Shown: positions 59,290 to 64,000 of the stretch, piece by piece | How positions within the stretch are numbered: position 1 is the first letter of the stretch | Layout: the number at the start of each line of letters is the position of its first letter | IMG/VR virus record: IMGVR_UViG_3300019886_000004 | Location: 32,001 to 96,000 of that record | Strand: one strand, 5' to 3' | Length of the DNA stretch: 64,000 nucleotides | Source: a virus | Translations under genes and position numbers: made by a program | Notes under the pieces: model-generated | Database searches by the model: none | Seen by the model: the letters and a program-made list of their open reading frames with translations, nothing else | Told to the model about the DNA's origin: nothing

Positions 59290-60094
59290 AAAGTCTTATT
59301 AAGTCGTTTCCTTCTATTCTTTTTTGAAAGTCTGAAATCTTTAAATTTGAATTAAATCTTGTTTGAAATAGTTTTCCAAGATTTCCATCTTTTTGGTTTT
59401 TAATCAACACATCAAACTCTTGCTTACTTAACAATTTACTAATGAAAGTTTCTCTATTTTCAACCCTAAGTAAGGAGAACGTTTCGTTAAATCCATGATT
59501 TCCTGCAAAATAATAGTGAGCCATTTGAAGTAATTCAAAGTCTTCAATCATTTTTGCATTGATACCATTTATAGCTTTTAAATTGACAAATCTACAAAAG
59601 TTCTTAACTACTTGATCATAATGGTCAGAAAATAAATATCTAACCATGCAATAAGCACAATAATTTCTTAATTGATTTTCATGAGAATTTTCTTTTATTT
59701 TTATTTTAAATGCTTCCCATTTATCTTCAATTATAAAACTACCCATGTCTAATTTCAATTCGTTCTCATTTTGCCATCCTTTCACTGATGTAAAATTCGT
59801 TCCAATCTCACTAGAAGTTTTATTACCTAAGTATTTTACTTCGCAAAAGAAATTAGATGTTAAGTCTATCCAATAATTAAAGAAACTTTTATTTCTGGCT
59901 TGCCTTATTAACCAGTCACTTGGATAATAAAATTTAATCTTTCCATTCTTAACCTTGTATTTATCATTGTTTATATCAAAAGTCATTTTAATTATTTGAG
60001 AACAATGTGTTACCATTTTCTTAATTACGATTTGATCGTCATCATCGTAAATTATGAAAAATCCATAACTATTTCTATTATTAATTGTCATCAT
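59273..60094 (-). CDS. Hypothetical protein in the amide-ligase cluster
   Basis: 273 aa, overlapping both neighbours. Confidence 0.6.
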   Translation of the reverse strand: MMTINNRNSYGFFIIYDDDDQIVIKKMVTHCSQIIKMTFDINNDKYKVKNGKIKFYYPSDWLIRQARNKSFFNYWIDLTSNFFCEVKYLGNKTSSEIGTNFTSVKGWQNENELKLDMGSFIIEDKWEAFKIKIKENSHENQLRNYCAYCMVRYLFSDHYDQVVKNFCRFVNLKAINGINAKMIEDFELLQMAHYYFAGNHGFNETFSLLRVENRETFISKLLSKQEFDVLIKNQKDGNLGKLFQTRFNSNLKISDFQKRIEGNDLIRLYGEIK

Positions 60095-61659
60095 TTGATT
60101 TCCATATTATTGTGCTTAAAATTAAAATTAGGATCATCATCAAACCACTTCGATTCAACAGTTTTGTAATTTTTATAAGATCCGTCTTTATTAAAAAATG
60201 TTTCATACCTCATCTTGTAATACTCCATTATATAATTTGTGTACTTTTCTCCTAAATTTTCAAGTAATACCTCTCTTAACGTAATGGACTTTGCAGTTAA
60301 GCAAGTTTTCACATTCTCAGCATATTTAAGAATGGAAGCACAAGTCAACATCCAAATTAATATTTTAGTTGAATTCACACTTCCTTCAGCGCAACGAAAT
60401 TCTAGAGTTCCAATTTTATTAAAATATAAATTTAGAAAATTAACCCAAAAATATCGAGATTCTTTTTGCCACTTCTCACCAGTTATAGCATGATAAACTG
60501 TTTTAGTAGAATAGATATTCTTTAACCACTTATCATAAAACATTTTTTTACCATCTACAACAACACTGGTTCTTATCAATTCCGGATCTCCATGTATAGC
60601 AGCTAAACTTTTTCCATTATTTAACCAAGTATATATTTTATTGAATTCATTGACAACACATTCATGGAATTTTTCCTCTGAATTTTGTTTGAAGATGAGA
60701 TCATATTTTACATCAAGATCACCTAGTGGTTTACAGTATATTTTACCATCTGATTTTATACTATTAAATCTACTATATGGAAAATATTTAACCATTTCAC
60801 CTTGAAGTAAATAACCTAATCTATACATTGATAAAGTAAATAATTTATCTTTTCTGACTTTTCCGAAGTGGAAATGCACTGAACAATAATTATTTACTTC
60901 ACACCTTTTGGTTAGTTCCTTGCAGAACTTTTTAATTACTTCTATACCCTTTGCACCACTCATCGGCATGGTTACCATCTCGATTCCCTCTCCATTATCA
61001 CTCCTTAAAGATCCGTCCTTTAAAGCTTTTATCCCGTACTTATTTCTTATTCTTCTAGGAATAAAACCATTTATGACTTCAGCTTCCATTCCAAAACTAT
61101 AATCACCTACAAACTTAGCTAATCTCTTAGAATCAGCTGATACTTTAATTTCTAGTTTTGCATACACTTCTTCTAACTGTTTCTTTCTTTCAGGATCAGC
61201 TTCTAAGTTATAACTCTTAGATCTCTCAACATTTGGAATATGTTTCTTATTAAACCATTCTTTTATATCTTTATCAGTTATAAAAGACTTTTCATAAAAT
61301 ATTCCATCATAAATAGATTCAATGAATGAAAGCTTTTCTGCTAGTTCTTCATTTAATATATATATAAAGGAACCTATTCTTTTATCCTTAGCTGTCACGT
61401 ATAAATCATTATCGCAAAACCAACCCTCTTCCCCATTCTCATTTATAATACCCTTAATTAATGCAGTATTTGCTTTCAGCACATATTTTTTAGAATAGTT
61501 ATCATAAATTATTTTATCAGTGGATGTAATTCTATACCATTGATCGTCTTCCATTTTAAAACAAGCCTCATTTTCCTTGTAATACTTATCAAGTATTTTA
61601 TGAGCGCTATCTTTTGGTATTAGATTACCTAAATAATCCTTTACAAGTTTCTTGCTCAT
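60091..61659 (-). CDS. Putative amidoligase (glutamine synthetase/GCS-like fold)
   Basis: FGMEAEV, KDGSL, GIEMVT, CSVHFH, TLEFR. Confidence 0.85.
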   Translation of the reverse strand: MSKKLVKDYLGNLIPKDSAHKILDKYYKENEACFKMEDDQWYRITSTDKIIYDNYSKKYVLKANTALIKGIINENGEEGWFCDNDLYVTAKDKRIGSFIYILNEELAEKLSFIESIYDGIFYEKSFITDKDIKEWFNKKHIPNVERSKSYNLEADPERKKQLEEVYAKLEIKVSADSKRLAKFVGDYSFGMEAEVINGFIPRRIRNKYGIKALKDGSLRSDNGEGIEMVTMPMSGAKGIEVIKKFCKELTKRCEVNNYCSVHFHFGKVRKDKLFTLSMYRLGYLLQGEMVKYFPYSRFNSIKSDGKIYCKPLGDLDVKYDLIFKQNSEEKFHECVVNEFNKIYTWLNNGKSLAAIHGDPELIRTSVVVDGKKMFYDKWLKNIYSTKTVYHAITGEKWQKESRYFWVNFLNLYFNKIGTLEFRCAEGSVNSTKILIWMLTCASILKYAENVKTCLTAKSITLREVLLENLGEKYTNYIMEYYKMRYETFFNKDGSYKNYKTVESKWFDDDPNFNFKHNNMEIK

Positions 61660-61673
61660 TGATTTTAATTTAA

Positions 61674-64000
61674 TTATTGTAGTATCTTACTGATATACAT
61701 TATACTTCCTGCTAAAGATACATTTAATTTATTAAATCTTTCAGTCCTTAAATTTGTCTCAGTCTTATCCATTCTGCCTTTGATTTCTTTAACTGATTCA
61801 AGTAACTCTTCTAATTCGGATAGAAAAGATGACTCATAATATTCAGCATCTAATACTTCTGCTTCTGGTTCTACTACAATCTCTTTGGAATTTTCTCTTA
61901 CACATTCATTTTCACTAATCTGTAAGTCACCACAATCTCTCATAAAATTATGCCATTCTCTATATGTAGAATGTGCTTTTGCAGAAAGATCTTTTGGATC
62001 AGACTCAAGTGCATATAATAGTTCACTTTTACTTATTCTTTCTACAGTATTTAAAGATAGTAAAACCGCCTCATAGAAATCATATAATTCTTTATCTGAA
62101 TTATTAACAACCCATGAAGTTTTTAAGTCATCTAATATCTCTTCTTTAGCCTCATGAATGTCATTTGCAAAATTAGGACTCTTATAAAGAATATTACAAC
62201 ACTTTATACTATTTATTATATCATCTTCTGTAAATATATTCTGATTCTGTTCATGTATTTGTATCTTTTCCTTAGTAGTTAAATCAGTACTTATGTGCAT
62301 ATTGTGATTTGTCATATTGGATATGTCTTCATCTTTTACTTTTGTTTTAATCAATGAGGTTATTTTCTCCATATCCTTTAGGAACTGCTTACCACTAAAC
62401 ATACTTACTTCAGCTTCTTTTCTTAGATCTTTAAGCATTACTTTACTTACAACAAGGTAATTTAAACCTATTCTCATAATTAATTCAAAGAAATATTTCT
62501 TTAATGAATCACTAGTATTCACTCTCCATAAATCTCTTCTAGTAATCGTATAATAGTAATTAGGATTGTCAGATTCTTCAGTCTTAAACTTATCTATTAA
62601 CCAAGCTCTTGTTGTAACTTCAGATTCAATAGAAGTTAAATCATCATTATCAGCATCCACAGAGACTTCTTTCTTTCTAAATCCTATATTATCACATATT
62701 ACTTTTTTAGTGATTTTTGTCCATTTACATCTAAATATTAATTTAAATTCTTCATCAGATAAAAACGGGGAAAAGCTAAGAGTATCTCCTCTTTTCTTAA
62801 GAGAAGAAGTATAATGATTATCTAATATCCAACCTTCTTCTTCATCTATAAGAGTTAATACCGGATAACTAAAAAACTCTACAAATTCAGATACACGAAT
62901 AGATTTAAACTTATCAAGACTAAATTTATCATGTTGGTCTTTAACTCTTTCAAAAACAGTATCATATGCTTTCTCAGATAAACATTTATAGCCACAAATA
63001 AAGAACATTGGTTCCATGTTAAGTTTTACTGCTTCCAGTTCACTTTTCATTTTACCAATATCAGTTATAAAGTTTTTACCTTCCAAAGGATGACCATTTC
63101 TGTAATACCTTTCATTTATAGTGTACACTTTATTACCTCTATTGTCATGGTTTTTACTTTCATTTGGTCTATTCTTTATAAGTATAACTTCATCTTTTTT
63201 GGATGTCATTTCTATAAATGACTCTCCTCCTTGATTCTGCCATGTTTCATAGTCTGTATTGTAGTGTTTTCCTTTTTTATAACCTATTCTATTTCCTATC
63301 GGGTATGTCACTATAGGTTTAAGAGGTTTTCTATCAACTATCTTATCATAAGTAATTTTACCTTCTACTATCTTGTATAAAAAGTTAGGTTTGAAATATT
63401 TAAGTTCATTTTGTGCTGCTCCTATTGCAAGTAATGGTTCTTCCATTGATGATATATACATTTGATCCGGAGCAATATTCCAAAGATATAATGGACGATC
63501 TGGATCTTTATATATCATCAATGTATTTTTTTCCAGTGGATGAAAGAATGCTAACGTTGCCCATCCATCATAAAGCTCCAGCGCTTCACGATAATTCTCT
63601 TCACCCAGTTTAACCATAGCTTTAGCCAACATTTGAGTGTCAGAATTGGTATTAGTTTTAAATTCTATATCCCATCTGTTAGCTAATAGTTCTGTATTAG
63701 ATAAGGTTCCATTCATTGCAAGAATTAAGTCATAGTCTTCTTTTTCTGTGTCATTTTCATAAATACCAAAAGGATGAGCTAATTCTTTTGAATATCTTAA
63801 CCCAGAACTTGCCTTTCTAGCATGTGCAACAATGGTGAAATTATCATCTTCTGGAGTTATAATTAAAGGATTTTTTTGTATAAATTTCATTACTTTTTCT
63901 GTATCCTTAATTATTTTATTGTTTACTGCCCATCCAGTACTATCTTCACCTCTTTCTTGATTATACATCATAATCATCTTTATCTTGTCTGGGTCAGCAG
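61674..64000 (-). CDS. Class II (Ntn) glutamine amidotransferase with long C-terminal extension (5'-partial)
   Basis: Frame is open to the window edge (...ADPDKIKMIMMYNQERGEDSTG). Motifs HARKAS, AHPF, MNGTL, SDT. The catalytic N-terminal Cys would lie outside the window. Confidence 0.85.
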   Translation of the reverse strand, partial: ADPDKIKMIMMYNQERGEDSTGWAVNNKIIKDTEKVMKFIQKNPLIITPEDDNFTIVAHARKASSGLRYSKELAHPFGIYENDTEKEDYDLILAMNGTLSNTELLANRWDIEFKTNTNSDTQMLAKAMVKLGEENYREALELYDGWATLAFFHPLEKNTLMIYKDPDRPLYLWNIAPDQMYISSMEEPLLAIGAAQNELKYFKPNFLYKIVEGKITYDKIVDRKPLKPIVTYPIGNRIGYKKGKHYNTDYETWQNQGGESFIEMTSKKDEVILIKNRPNESKNHDNRGNKVYTINERYYRNGHPLEGKNFITDIGKMKSELEAVKLNMEPMFFICGYKCLSEKAYDTVFERVKDQHDKFSLDKFKSIRVSEFVEFFSYPVLTLIDEEEGWILDNHYTSSLKKRGDTLSFSPFLSDEEFKLIFRCKWTKITKKVICDNIGFRKKEVSVDADNDDLTSIESEVTTRAWLIDKFKTEESDNPNYYYTITRRDLWRVNTSDSLKKYFFELIMRIGLNYLVVSKVMLKDLRKEAEVSMFSGKQFLKDMEKITSLIKTKVKDEDISNMTNHNMHISTDLTTKEKIQIHEQNQNIFTEDDIINSIKCCNILYKSPNFANDIHEAKEEILDDLKTSWVVNNSDKELYDFYEAVLLSLNTVERISKSELLYALESDPKDLSAKAHSTYREWHNFMRDCGDLQISENECVRENSKEIVVEPEAEVLDAEYYESSFLSELEELLESVKEIKGRMDKTETNLRTERFNKLNVSLAGSIMYISKILQ

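Noticed and set aside
155-63613. Many 60-150 aa ORFs antisense to or nested in long genes (e.g. 155-613, 826-1209, 31834-32259, 58900-59223)
   Set aside because: They are shadows of well-supported genes on the opposite strand or in another frame, with no motifs or expression signals.
1-64000. Stop-codon reassignment (TAG or TGA), known in some crAss-like phages
   Set aside because: ORFs up to 4049 aa are intact in the standard code, genes tile densely, and TAG (45321, 56558) and TGA (12406) end genes at sensible boundaries.
1-64000. CRISPR array, tRNA genes, DGR/reverse transcriptase, integrase or IS element
   Set aside because: No repeat-spacer array, cloverleaf, RT, recombinase or transposase motif was seen, and intergenic gaps are short and explained. 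Manual inspection could miss weak cases.

Overview
AT-rich fragment of a crAss-like (Crassvirales-type) phage genome with a likely Bacteroidota host, read in the standard genetic code. Bases 1-45281 (+) hold the virion module: the C-terminus of the major capsid protein, ring/auxiliary capsid/hub proteins, Cys-rich fibre and FN3 proteins, an inserted metallophosphoesterase cassette, an IHF-like gene, a free-standing GIY-YIG nuclease, tail tubular and muzzle proteins, a ClpP-like protease, ejected cargo proteins and a 4049-aa virion RNA polymerase. Bases 45321-64000 (-) hold a replication/metabolism module that converges on a shared hairpin: family B DNA polymerase split by a group I intron with a GIY-YIG gene, MazG-like protein, class II RNR, dUTPase, HNH-type nuclease, resolvase, and an 8-gene amide-ligase / glutamine amidotransferase / GNAT cluster running off the right edge. 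Main points: (1) the expanded amide-ligase cluster; (2) two promoter classes with the same TTTG-N20 layout but different -7 boxes, the variant class also sitting upstream of two homing endonucleases; (3) a histidine-phosphatase domain inside the virion RNAP; (4) repeated [FYK]xxGG motifs in cargo proteins; (5) a tandem HiPIP-like protein; (6) a pseudoknot-like RNA and slippery site at the end of the capsid gene. All calls come from reading motifs and gene order by eye; no database searches were run.
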